The notes: generated from the letters alone by a model not told the origin. Counted from the first letter of the stretch, positions 1-9,392 are shown. The stretch: 64,000 nucleotides of DNA from an uncultured archaeon (GCA_964458565.1 CAYWJO010000010.1:1-64000), one strand, 5' to 3'. Numbers and translations: made by a program.

Positions 1-183
1 GAGAAATACAGTAAGCGGTTTCCGCTTTCGTAGCGAGTTTCTATATTGTTCACCATTCATGAGTGTCATGTAAGTCACCGGCCTAGTACCATTTGGAATA
101 CTAGTAATAAGTATTCAACCTTCCGAATGTAGGGTTATAATGAAAAATGGTGGACTCAATCCATCAACTATAAGGTTACTCTG

Positions 184-1896
184 CTAGAATATCTTTGGCT
201 CGTCCCATTCACCCCAGATGTCCCGCCAGACTTGGAATATCTCTCCGATTGAGGTATAAGCACGAACAGCCTCCACAATATGAGGCATAACATTTTCTTC
301 TCCTTCTGATGCCTTTCTTAGGCCATCAAGCACTTTCTGCACCTTATCGTTATTTCGCTCTTTTCGCGTCTTCTTAAGCCGCTCAATTTGACGACGCTCG
401 ACCTCTTCAGATATCTTGAGTACAGGAATTGATATTTTTTCACCCTCAAGAACAAAGTCGTTCACTCCCACAATGATACGGTCTCCAGTTTCAACTTCAC
501 GCTGATATCTATAAGAGGCATCAGCAATCTCACGTTGGAAGAATCCCTTTTCAATAGCGGGTATAACACCTCCGAGAGCGTCAACTTTATCGAAATAGTT
601 GTATGCCTCATCTTCCATCTGGTTTGTTAAATATTCAACATAATAAGATCCAGCGAGTGGGTCAATTGTATTAGCTGCTCCACTCTCATGAGCAAGAACC
701 TGTTGTGTACGAAGTGCCACTCTAACTGCGTCTTCAGTTGGTAGACAAAGGGCTTCGTCCATACTATTGGTGTGTAGTGATTGCGTTCCTCCAAGAACTG
801 CAGCTAATGCTTGATATGCAGTTCTGACCACATTGACCATTGGTTGTTGTGCCGTTAGTGAGCATCCTGCAGTTTGAGTATGGAAACGCATCCAAAGGGA
901 TCGCTTCTTCTTTGCGCCAAATTGCTCTTTCATCTCGCGTGCCCAGATTCGACGTGCAGCACGATATTTAGCGACCTCTTCGAAAATGTCATTATGAGCA
1001 TTGAAGAAGAATGATAACCGTTGTGCAAAAGTATCAACATCAAGACCCCGTGCTTTACCCCACCGTACATACTCCATGCCGTTCATCAAGGTGAAAGCTA
1101 GTTCTTGAATAGCGGTGCTACCGGCTTCTCGGATATGATAGCCACTAATAGATATTGTATTCCAACGAGGGATATTATCTGTGGCGTATTCCATAATATC
1201 AGTGATTATCCTAAGTGATGGTTCAGGTGATAGAATCCATGATTTTTGTGCCTGATATTCTTTCAAGAGGTCGTTCTGGATTGTTCCTCCAATCTGATGA
1301 GATGATACGCCTTGCTTTTCTGCTGTAACCATGTACATGGCCAACAAAATAGATGCAGGTGCATTGATTGTCATGCTAGTCGTTACTTTGTCTAAGGGAA
1401 TCCCATCGAAGAGAATTTCCATGTCCTTTAGCGTATCAATTGCCACTCCAAGCTTACCAATCTCACCATGCGCATATGGATGGTCAGAATCCCTAGCAAA
1501 GAGTGTAGGCAGATGGAACGCAACACTCAGACCTGTCTGACCGTTAGCGAGAAGGAATTTGTAGCGTTGGTTTGTGTCTTCAGCACTACCCATACCTGCA
1601 AACTGTCGCATTGTCCAAAGTTTACCACGATACATCGATGGTTGTACGCCCCTGGTATACGGGTACTGGCTTGGAAAACTAAGGTCCTTCATGTAGTCAA
1701 GATGGGGAATATCTTCAGGTGTATAGAGCACTTTTATTGGACGACTTGAGGTCGTCACAAATTCATTCCTTCTATCAGGATGTTTTGTTTGATGTTTCTT
1801 CAGAATGTTTGCGTCCCAAGATTCCTTTGCCTTTCTGATTATCTCAATCTCAGGTTTGGGAGACCGGTCAGCATCTTTTACATTCTCAGTTACCAT
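184..1896 (-). CDS. B12-dependent acyl-CoA mutase large (substrate-binding) subunit, methylmalonyl-CoA mutase family, isobutyryl-CoA-mutase-type residues
   Basis: Motifs PYTRG, WTMRQFAG, GLSVAF, GTIQND, SISGYHIREAG, GGTQSLHTNS. No C-terminal DxHxxG B12-binding domain, so a split mutase. F in RQFAG and Q in EYQAQK are ICM-type rather than MCM-type (Y/R). Confidence 0.93.
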   Translation of the reverse strand: MVTENVKDADRSPKPEIEIIRKAKESWDANILKKHQTKHPDRRNEFVTTSSRPIKVLYTPEDIPHLDYMKDLSFPSQYPYTRGVQPSMYRGKLWTMRQFAGMGSAEDTNQRYKFLLANGQTGLSVAFHLPTLFARDSDHPYAHGEIGKLGVAIDTLKDMEILFDGIPLDKVTTSMTINAPASILLAMYMVTAEKQGVSSHQIGGTIQNDLLKEYQAQKSWILSPEPSLRIITDIMEYATDNIPRWNTISISGYHIREAGSTAIQELAFTLMNGMEYVRWGKARGLDVDTFAQRLSFFFNAHNDIFEEVAKYRAARRIWAREMKEQFGAKKKRSLWMRFHTQTAGCSLTAQQPMVNVVRTAYQALAAVLGGTQSLHTNSMDEALCLPTEDAVRVALRTQQVLAHESGAANTIDPLAGSYYVEYLTNQMEDEAYNYFDKVDALGGVIPAIEKGFFQREIADASYRYQREVETGDRIIVGVNDFVLEGEKISIPVLKISEEVERRQIERLKKTRKERNNDKVQKVLDGLRKASEGEENVMPHIVEAVRAYTSIGEIFQVWRDIWGEWDEPKIF

Positions 1897-1962
1897 CTTC
1901 TAAGCACCTTTTCAAATCTGATGAAGGCATAACGGGGTGGGAATATTAACTAATCGGAATAC

Positions 1963-2526
1963 CTAGAATTCGAATCCCCTTCGGGCCAGTAACTTTTCTG
2001 ATGCGTAATAGTGTTTTATCTCAACCATTTCAGTAACGAGATCTGCTCGTTCCATGAGATCCACTGTGGCATATCGGCCAGTCATGATGAGCTCGATTCC
2101 ATCAGGTTTGGATTCTATCAGGCCTAGTTGGTCTTCTAAGGAAATCAAATTCCACTCCACTGCTACATTTATCTCATCAAGAATCAGAACATCGCATTCC
2201 TTCATTTCAAATGCCTTCTTTGCCATCTGAAGACCGTCTTGCGCCATCTTGATATCAATAGGGTCTGGATTCTTCTTATCGACAAATGTTTCCCGTCCAA
2301 CTGGAACTATTGTAAAATTGGGAATCAAATCTATCACCCTGAACTCCCCATAATTAATCTCGTTAGTGCCACTTCTCTCTGCAATTTTCGATTTCATGAA
2401 GCAAATCATTATGACCCTTAGATTATGTCCGGCAGCTCGTAAGCCAGCACCTAATGCACAAGTAGTCTTGCCTTTGCCATTCCCTGTATAGACTTGAACG
2501 AGTCCCGAGGTCTTAGATGTACCCAT
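1963..2526 (-). CDS. cobO: cob(I)alamin/cob(I)yrinic acid a,c-diamide adenosyltransferase (CobO/BtuR/CobA family)
   Basis: VYTGNGKGKTT P-loop, ILDEIN, ELIMTGR, ADLVTEM, H-Y..RRGFEF C-terminus; adjacent to the B12 mutase. Confidence 0.93.
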   Translation of the reverse strand: MGTSKTSGLVQVYTGNGKGKTTCALGAGLRAAGHNLRVIMICFMKSKIAERSGTNEINYGEFRVIDLIPNFTIVPVGRETFVDKKNPDPIDIKMAQDGLQMAKKAFEMKECDVLILDEINVAVEWNLISLEDQLGLIESKPDGIELIMTGRYATVDLMERADLVTEMVEIKHYYASEKLLARRGFEF

Positions 2527-2530
2527 ATGA

Positions 2531-3175
2531 TTACCCCTTCATAGATTTCATTAGCCGAGCTATTCTGCGTCCTAAATTCTCACTATTCGATATCGCTAGT
2601 CCATCAGTTGTTGCATTTCTCCAGCCACCATCATCCATCTGTAAACTTCCAGCTCCAAACGTACCATGTTTGACTGGACTGCCGACAGCTCCAACAACAA
2701 TCATTCCATGTGCTAACGCGTAACGATTCAGAAGATCAACCACATGCTCCTGACCGCCATATCTCAAACCAGCATATGTAATTACTCCAAATAATTTGTC
2801 TTGCAGCTGATGATTTTGCATTTTCATGTATCGAGAACGGTCCATAAGATTCTTCATTATTCCTGGAACAGAGGTGAAGTATGAAGGAGCGGCAACAATG
2901 ATGCAGTCAGCTTGACGCAATTTCTCCTCAATCTTGGGAATGTCATCCTTAGCACTCTCAGGACAAGGTTTCTTCCTAACACATGAATCACAACCTGTAC
3001 AAGGAAGAATATTGAATTCATGGAGATCCAAAATTATGGGTGCAATCTCATTCGCGGACCCATTTGATAGCTCTTCTGATGCGGCGTCCAGAGCTTTTTG
3101 TAAAAGGTATCGTGTATTAGATTTCTCCTTTTTTGGGGTACTTGAAATGCCCACAATCAGCATATTTCTCACCAA
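2531..3175 (-). CDS. iron-sulfur flavoprotein / NADPH-dependent FMN reductase (flavodoxin-like)
   Basis: GISSTP..SNT, CTGCDSC..KKPC cluster motif, AAPSYF, KNLMDR, GGQE. Confidence 0.85.
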   Translation of the reverse strand: MVRNMLIVGISSTPKKEKSNTRYLLQKALDAASEELSNGSANEIAPIILDLHEFNILPCTGCDSCVRKKPCPESAKDDIPKIEEKLRQADCIIVAAPSYFTSVPGIMKNLMDRSRYMKMQNHQLQDKLFGVITYAGLRYGGQEHVVDLLNRYALAHGMIVVGAVGSPVKHGTFGAGSLQMDDGGWRNATTDGLAISNSENLGRRIARLMKSMKG

Positions 3176-3196
3176 TGAAATGTGAGATTTAATGAC

Positions 3197-3958
3197 TCAT
3201 TTAGCAGTTGTGCTAGTTTGTAAAAAAAGGTCATCGAGCGACTTGGCAATCTCACTTGTTGCACCGACTGCCTTGATTCTACTATCCGCACGATAAGTTC
3301 CTACAGCTACTGTAAGTGAATAGACACTTAGAATATGTATGCGATGCTGACGAAACTTGATTTCTGTAGGCATAAGTCCAACGGACGCGCTCACCAATCC
3401 TCTACCTATTTCCTCCTGAATGTATGAAATATGAGATTCTGGAACATTCCCACCTAGCATCTCACCTTGTGCATCAAAGATACCTGCATAAGCCACTTGA
3501 TGTGTTTCTAAAGTCTTGGTAACCAAGATTTCAATATCCTCTGGAGTAATAGACTTGGGAGCGTCAAGACTCATTGTAATGATGCTGTCTACTAGTTCCT
3601 CAATTCCCTCAATATCACTCATATCCCCACACCAAAATTCGATGACCTGACCAAAGGTACGTGCAATTGCTCGGCCTATAGTTAACATTCGTTTACTGAT
3701 TTCCAGCTGTGACTCTTTTTCAGAGGCAAGGATTATCACAGCAAAATTCTCGTAAAAAACATAGGTCCAGATTGTATCACATTGTTCAAGAGTGTAAGCT
3801 TGTTCGAGTGTCGTACTCTCTCTGGAATGGAATAACAACACACAAGATCTCACATGGGCTGGCATTGGGTCAGCCTTCTCCGCGCCTTCTTCCGACTCGT
3901 AAGATCTAGCAAGAAGTTGTTCACCATCGTTCTTCATGATGTAGGCACGCAGAATCAT
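3197..3958 (-). CDS. hypothetical protein: N-terminal longin-like domain plus C-terminal roadblock/LC7-like domain
   Basis: N-terminus MILRAYIMKNDGEQLLARSY resembles the longin/adaptin sigma-mu start. C-half VAYAGIFDAQGEMLGG...IHILSV..LTVAVG plus a final helix resembles roadblock/profilin-like folds. Confidence 0.5.
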   Translation of the reverse strand: MILRAYIMKNDGEQLLARSYESEEGAEKADPMPAHVRSCVLLFHSRESTTLEQAYTLEQCDTIWTYVFYENFAVIILASEKESQLEISKRMLTIGRAIARTFGQVIEFWCGDMSDIEGIEELVDSIITMSLDAPKSITPEDIEILVTKTLETHQVAYAGIFDAQGEMLGGNVPESHISYIQEEIGRGLVSASVGLMPTEIKFRQHRIHILSVYSLTVAVGTYRADSRIKAVGATSEIAKSLDDLFLQTSTTAK

Positions 3959-4088
3959 CTATTACCCTCGAATCAAGTCGTTTTCAGATTACCAGCTCCT
4001 ATCATAAGCATTGCTCGTGTAAATAGTATCCACATTAATTATTCATCGAGTTTTTATGCTAGACATAATATCCATTATAGGAACTAGT

Positions 4089-4388
4089 ATGCCGAAGAGA
4101 GACCAATTTCGAAGAACGCGATATGATATCTATGCAGAGCTTTTACGTGTTATCTACATCTACGGATACTGTCCACTCACACGTGCAGCAAGATCAACAA
4201 ATATGCCCGTAGATAGAGCCAAGGAGAGTATCACAGAACTTCTCGAACGAGGTCTCTTAGATTCTGAAGATGACGATGGGATGATTGTCTACAAAGTAAC
4301 AGTGAGGGGGCATCAATACCTTGAGCTTTACAAGAGGATGGCAGGACTTGTAGGCATTCCTATTCCTGAACCGATTATAGGAATGTGA
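4089..4388 (+). CDS. winged helix-turn-helix transcriptional regulator (copy 1)
   Basis: RRTRYDIYAELL..., L.ERGLL, Y.VTVRG..YLE archaeal wHTH pattern; start moved to ATG 4089. Confidence 0.82.
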   Translation: MPKRDQFRRTRYDIYAELLRVIYIYGYCPLTRAARSTNMPVDRAKESITELLERGLLDSEDDDGMIVYKVTVRGHQYLELYKRMAGLVGIPIPEPIIGM

Positions 4389-4663
4389 AGTGAAAAACCA
4401 GATTGAAGGAAGATGCGGAGAATTTGCATTGACTGTCCTATCTCTATCTTCTGCAGGACATATTGGAAAATTCATTGGGAACATCTATTGTATGAAATAT
4501 GTAACTCTATCATGCATAATGAACAAAGTTCCAGAGGATATCGTAGATGCAAATCTGCAAAGAAATCCAGCAATGAAAGACGTTTTTAATTCAAGTACTA
4601 TGTCTTAGTATAACCCGAAATTCTAAGAGAAAGCCATGACTTCATTGCATTGCGTTTTAGATG

Positions 4664-4704
4664 GTCACAATTTGTGACTACAATTAGTGACTTTGCTTTA
4701 TATA
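4664..4704 (+). promoter_or_regulatory. palindromic operator plus TATA box upstream of the bactofilin-like gene
   Basis: GTCACAA-T-TTGTGAC inverted repeat (4664-4678); near-tandem ACAATTTGTGACT/ACAATTAGTGACT (4667-4692); TTTATATA at 4697-4704, about 57 nt before ATG 4761. Confidence 0.6.
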
Positions 4705-4760
4705 CCAAAAATGAGGGTTCATACCTAGAAACAAATCACAATTTGAAGGTGAAAAATGAA

Positions 4761-6050
4761 ATGGCGGACAAGACTGAATACAAGGATCAGACAAGTGTCG
4801 AAATCGGATACGTAGAAGGCGATCTTGAGCTGCGTAATTGTAGAAGTATAATTCCCCAGCAAGGTGAGGTAATTACTGTCACAGGTATTGTTACTATTTG
4901 GGGTGAAACAACATTCGAAGGCTCTCTCAAAGCACAGAGTCTTGAAGGAAAAACGAGAGATGATGTAATCATCCTTGGCGATTTGACAGTGGATGGTGAT
5001 GCTACAGTCAAGAAAGGTAGTCTTCATATCGAAGGAAATGCCACTGGACGTGTTTTTGATGCAGGTGGATCTGTAGCGGTCGGTGGTAATTTAAAATGCA
5101 CTGCTGCAAAAGGAGGCGGTTCTGTCAAGGTTAGAAGAAATGCTGAAGGACAAAGACTCTCTGCTGGTGGCTCAGTCAAAGTGGGTGGAGATGCTATTGT
5201 AGAGCGTCTGGATGCAGGTGGATCAGTAGGTGTAGAAGGCACTATCGAAGCAGAGAGACTCTCCGCGGGTGGCTCCGGTAAATGCAATAATGGTAAAGTC
5301 AGTAGAGTCGATGTTGGTGGAAGTTTCAAAGCAACTGGTGCTATCGAGATCGAAGAGATTGATGTAGGCGGTTCTGTAAAGGTTGGACCTGGTTCTATTG
5401 TCAATAGTCTTGATGTTGGTGGATCAGCTACAGCTGGAGAAGGTTCTAGAATTGAAAAAATCGACATTGGTGGTACATTCAAGTCGGATGGAAGCGTCGA
5501 ATTCGGAGACATTGACGTTGGTGGTACTGTTAGACTTGGTGGATCATCAAAAGGTAGAACCATCGATGTGGGTGGTTCCGTTGTTGTAGAGGGTGATCTC
5601 GATATTGTTGACATTGATGTAGGTGGAAAGATTACCGTTGAAGGTAATCTGACTTGCGAGAAGAAAATTAAAGTCGGTGGCACTATTACTGTTGAAGGTG
5701 AGATTAAGACTTACAGAATAATAGTTGGTGGAAGAATCGAGTGTGATTATACAGCCGCAACTGATGGATTAAGATTAGGTGGAAAAGGTGAGATAACAGG
5801 CTTTGTCAACTCTGAGAATATAATAATCCGTGAACGTGCAAGAACACGAACTCTCTATGGCGGGGATATCAGAGTAGAAGAAAGAGCTCGAGTCCAAAAT
5901 ATCTATGGACGCACTATCTATCTAGAACGTAAGGTCATTGTTGAGGGAGAAATCCTATACACAGATAGTTTCGAAGCCGAAGAAGGTGTAGAACTGAGGA
6001 GTGAACCAAGAAAAGTAGACCAACTCCCATCACCGGAGGAGCTGAGGTAA
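4761..6050 (+). CDS. polymer-forming cytoskeletal (bactofilin-like) beta-helix repeat protein
   Basis: Long array of ~17-aa repeats (D/S)(V/A)GG(S/T)V.V.G; start moved to ATG 4761 (MADKTE). Confidence 0.72.
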   Translation: MADKTEYKDQTSVEIGYVEGDLELRNCRSIIPQQGEVITVTGIVTIWGETTFEGSLKAQSLEGKTRDDVIILGDLTVDGDATVKKGSLHIEGNATGRVFDAGGSVAVGGNLKCTAAKGGGSVKVRRNAEGQRLSAGGSVKVGGDAIVERLDAGGSVGVEGTIEAERLSAGGSGKCNNGKVSRVDVGGSFKATGAIEIEEIDVGGSVKVGPGSIVNSLDVGGSATAGEGSRIEKIDIGGTFKSDGSVEFGDIDVGGTVRLGGSSKGRTIDVGGSVVVEGDLDIVDIDVGGKITVEGNLTCEKKIKVGGTITVEGEIKTYRIIVGGRIECDYTAATDGLRLGGKGEITGFVNSENIIIRERARTRTLYGGDIRVEERARVQNIYGRTIYLERKVIVEGEILYTDSFEAEEGVELRSEPRKVDQLPSPEELR

Positions 6051-6137
6051 CCCAAGGGAGCCGCATTGGCAGTTCCCGCCATTATGCCTTGGCGGCTTTG
6101 TAACACGGAGGGAGGTGGAATATTCTTACCTCCCCCG
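6051..6137 (+). other. GC-rich structured intergenic RNA element (two stem-loops)
   Basis: GAGCCGC/GCGGCTT and CCAAGG/CCTTGG competing stems; CGGAGGGAGGT/ACCTCCCCCG hairpin. Confidence 0.5.
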
Positions 6138-6165
6138 AACTAAAATGAAAGGAATGGTTTGTCAA

Positions 6166-6468
6166 ATGTCTAAATCCCGCTTAAAATCAAAACGGACCCG
6201 ATATGACATCTATGCAGAGATTGTTAGAGTCATATTCATCTACGGATATTGCCCACTTACACGAGCTGCACGTTCTACAAATATGCCAGTGGATAGAGCA
6301 AAAGAAACAATTATTGAATTAGTTGACTCAGGTCTTCTTGCTCAAGACGACGATAATGGATCGATATTGTACTCAGTCACCGTCAGAGGTCATCAATACC
6401 TCGAGCTATACAAGCGAATGGCAGGACTTGTTGGTATTCCAATCCCAGAACCCATTGTAGGGATGTAA
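6166..6468 (+). CDS. winged helix-turn-helix transcriptional regulator (copy 2, close paralog of 4089-4388)
   Basis: Shares YGYCPLTRAARSTNMPVDRAKE and VTVRGHQYLELYKRMAGLVGIPIPEPI with copy 1; start moved to ATG 6166. Confidence 0.82.
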   Translation: MSKSRLKSKRTRYDIYAEIVRVIFIYGYCPLTRAARSTNMPVDRAKETIIELVDSGLLAQDDDNGSILYSVTVRGHQYLELYKRMAGLVGIPIPEPIVGM

Positions 6469-6491
6469 AAGTCAAACAGAATTTATCCAAG

Positions 6492-7277
6492 CTAAATCTG
6501 ACCAGCTTCCTCTTTCTTGAGTATTAGAATTCTCCGAGATGAATCATTTCCATAAGGAGAGGATTGATATGACCCAAACTCCTTTTTAATTTTAAAACCC
6601 GCTACTTGAAGTAGAATGTCAGCTTCTCGGTTATAGATAATTGCAGCATCGGAATTCACACTAACAATACTTACATTTTCATCATCTTGAACAATCTCAT
6701 ATTCAATGGATACTTTCATGATTTGATTTACAAAGTCGGTTTCTATCTCACCACGCCGTGTGACCATTCTTCCATCTCCAATTCTGATTGGACCTTCCTC
6801 AAAAGTAGCATGCCCATTTTGAATTGCCCCTGGATAAAGATCAAGAATGAACACACCATCGTCATCAAGGTGTTTTCTGATACAACGAAGTGTCCTCAGT
6901 TGAGCCTCTGTGGTCAAAGCATGACCAAAGGAAAACGGAATGATTACTAAAGAGAATTTCTGATTCAGAGAGAAATCCTGCATATCTCCACGGATGATGG
7001 TAATCCGGTTTGCCACATCTTCCTCCAATTCACCGACTTTTCTCATTGCAGTGTCTAACATTGATTTGGATTTCTCTAATGCCGTTACCTCAAAACCGGC
7101 TTCAGCTAATTTGATTGACACCCTACAGGTTCCTGCAGCTATATCTAATATTGGGGATCCGTATCTCTTTGCATTTTCAAGATAAAAGGGAATATCTTCA
7201 TTATTTGCAAAGGCGTCATAAAAATCGCCTACACCGTCGTATCCGTCAAGTGATGCCAAAATTGTCACCAATCTCAA
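6492..7277 (-). CDS. class I SAM-dependent methyltransferase
   Basis: ILDIAAGTCR motif I, VTALEKSKSML, GDMQDFSL, L..DGVFILD. Confidence 0.9.
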   Translation of the reverse strand: MRLVTILASLDGYDGVGDFYDAFANNEDIPFYLENAKRYGSPILDIAAGTCRVSIKLAEAGFEVTALEKSKSMLDTAMRKVGELEEDVANRITIIRGDMQDFSLNQKFSLVIIPFSFGHALTTEAQLRTLRCIRKHLDDDGVFILDLYPGAIQNGHATFEEGPIRIGDGRMVTRRGEIETDFVNQIMKVSIEYEIVQDDENVSIVSVNSDAAIIYNREADILLQVAGFKIKKEFGSYQSSPYGNDSSRRILILKKEEAGQI

Positions 7278-7431
7278 TGAGTATTCTCGACAACTAATTT
7301 GACTCTAGTTGAATATCTTTGTTATAGTAATTGTGATTCCAGGACTAGATTGTGCTAGTTCGAAGCTTTTATCAGATATGACTCGTGGTGCGCATCGTGT
7401 AACTCTCATTGATATCATTGGAGAGAAGATA

Positions 7432-8406
7432 ATGGTCGTTGATAAGAAAACACTCGTTGAATTGTTCACGAGGACTCTGAAACTAAGACTCTTTGAAGAA
7501 AAGGTATGGGAATTATTTGGTGAAAATCTTGTTCCCGGCACTCTACACCTATATTTAGGACAGGAAGCTGTTGCGGCAGGAATCACCGCTGCAATGAAGA
7601 AGACCGACTGGGTGCAAAGCACACACAGAGGACATGGTCATGTTATTGCAAAGGGTGCTGACATGAATGCAGCTCTTGCAGAGTTACTTGGCAAAGCTAC
7701 AGGTTCCTGTAAAGGGAAGGGAGGCTCAATGCATATTACTCAGTTTGATGCTGGTGTCCTTGGAGCTACAGGAGTAGTCGCTTCAGGATTGCCTATAGCT
7801 GTTGGTGCTGCTCTATCCTGCCAGATGAGAGGTACGAAAGATGTTGTAGCTTGTTTCTTTGGTGATGGTGCATCCAATAATGGAACATTTGGTGAATCAC
7901 TGAATATGTCAGCAATCTGGAAGCTGCCTGTAATATGGGTTGTTGAGAACAACCTATATGCTATGGGTACACCAATTACAATGACCTGTCCAAGTGGAGA
8001 TATTGCTGATAGAGCACAAGGTTACTGTATCCCAAGTAAGGTTATTGATGGAAATAATGCTGTGGAAGTCTATGAAGCAGCAGTTGAAGCCGTGGAAAGA
8101 GCACGTCAAGGAGAAGGTCCTACACTTATTGAGTGTAAGACTTACAGAATGAGAGGGCATTCGAGGTTTGATCCTGCTAAATATAGACCACAAGAAGAAG
8201 CTGATTATTGGTTATCACCAGAAAAAGATGCAGTGATTGTCATACAGAACATAGCATTTGAGAATGGAGCTCTGACTGAGAAAGATGCAGAAAAGATACG
8301 CAAAAAGCTCCAGAAGGAGATCGATAGTGCTGCAGAATATGCAATCAAATCCGAGTATCCGAAACCGGAAGACGCTCTCGAAGATGTGTATGCGGAGGTG
8401 TTCTAA
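7432..8406 (+). CDS. TPP-dependent 2-oxoacid/acetoin dehydrogenase E1 alpha subunit
   Basis: HLYLGQEA, STHRGHGH, GKGGSMH, GDGA..N TPP motif, TYRMRGHS; start moved to ATG 7432. Confidence 0.93.
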   Translation: MVVDKKTLVELFTRTLKLRLFEEKVWELFGENLVPGTLHLYLGQEAVAAGITAAMKKTDWVQSTHRGHGHVIAKGADMNAALAELLGKATGSCKGKGGSMHITQFDAGVLGATGVVASGLPIAVGAALSCQMRGTKDVVACFFGDGASNNGTFGESLNMSAIWKLPVIWVVENNLYAMGTPITMTCPSGDIADRAQGYCIPSKVIDGNNAVEVYEAAVEAVERARQGEGPTLIECKTYRMRGHSRFDPAKYRPQEEADYWLSPEKDAVIVIQNIAFENGALTEKDAEKIRKKLQKEIDSAAEYAIKSEYPKPEDALEDVYAEVF

Positions 8407-9381
8407 ATGGTAGAAATAACCTATAGAGAAGCACTAAGGCAAGGGCTTCGAGAGGAAATGCTCAGAGATGAATCTGTCTTCATCATGGGTGAAGATGTAG
8501 GTCTAAATTGGGGAGGTGCGTTTAAAGCAACCAAGGGTCTTGCTGAAGAATTTGGTGAACACAGAGTTCGTGATACACCCATCTCGGAAAATGCCATTGC
8601 GGGTGCAGCTGTAGGTGCTGCGATAACAGGACTACGACCCGTAGCTGAGATTATGTTTGGAGACCTCATCTCATTAGCAATGGACCAGGTTTGCAATCAA
8701 GCTGCTAAGATGAGATATATGTTTGGAGGACAAACATCCGTACCGTTGGTCCTGCGTTCAGTATTTGGAGGTGGCAAAAACCTTGCATCTCACCACTCAC
8801 AGAGTCTTGAGGCATGGTTCATGCATACCCCTGGTCTCAAAGTTGCCGTTCCAGCATTCGCTTACGATGTGAAGGGACTCATTAAAACAGCAATCCGAGA
8901 TCCGGACCCCGTTATGTTTTTCGAACACAAATTAGTCTATGATAAAAAGGAGGAAGTTCCAGAGGAAGATTATACTATACCCTTCGGTGAAGCGAAGATT
9001 CGTAGAGAGGGTGCAGATGTCACAGTATGGGGCACATTCTTTATGCTTCATAAAGCCCTAGAGGTTTCTGAGGAACTTGCGAAGGAAGGTATTAGTGTAG
9101 AAGTTATCGATCCAAGAACACTTGTACCTCTTGATAAGAAGACACTTATTGACTCAGTAAAGAAGACAGGTCGACTAGTCCTGGTGACTGAAGAAACTAA
9201 GACTGGTGCGACTACAGCAGAAGTGGCCGCAATTGTTCAAGAAGAAGCATTCGACTGGCTTGATGCACCAATCCAGAGAGTGAATGCTCCAGATACTCCA
9301 GTTCCTTTTAGTCCCCCGCTGGAACAATTCTTCATTCCGGATAACAAGAGAATTTCAGATGCAATACGTACAATCGTATAG
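8407..9381 (+). CDS. 2-oxoacid/acetoin dehydrogenase E1 beta subunit
   Basis: MGEDV, RVRDTPISE, RPVAEIMF, HSQS, FFEHK, EVIDPRTLVPLD. Confidence 0.95.
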   Translation: MVEITYREALRQGLREEMLRDESVFIMGEDVGLNWGGAFKATKGLAEEFGEHRVRDTPISENAIAGAAVGAAITGLRPVAEIMFGDLISLAMDQVCNQAAKMRYMFGGQTSVPLVLRSVFGGGKNLASHHSQSLEAWFMHTPGLKVAVPAFAYDVKGLIKTAIRDPDPVMFFEHKLVYDKKEEVPEEDYTIPFGEAKIRREGADVTVWGTFFMLHKALEVSEELAKEGISVEVIDPRTLVPLDKKTLIDSVKKTGRLVLVTEETKTGATTAEVAAIVQEEAFDWLDAPIQRVNAPDTPVPFSPPLEQFFIPDNKRISDAIRTIV

Positions 9382-9392
9382 GAGGATATCTA

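Noticed and set aside
1-183. Short inverted repeats (AAGCGG-ttt-CCGCTT and others) downstream of the mutase gene
   Set aside because: Stems are short and context is cut by the window edge; cannot be distinguished from chance
4390-4608. 72-aa ORF after wHTH copy 1
   Set aside because: No recognisable motif or SD; probably intergenic
5024-5683. 219-aa Pro/Ser/Thr-rich minus-strand ORF
   Set aside because: Antisense shadow of the GGT/GGA-rich repeats of the bactofilin-like gene
4761-6050. Periodic GATGT(T/A)GGTGG nucleotide repeats that could suggest a CRISPR or tandem array
   Set aside because: They are in-frame, degenerate codons of the DVGG protein repeat, not identical repeats with unique spacers
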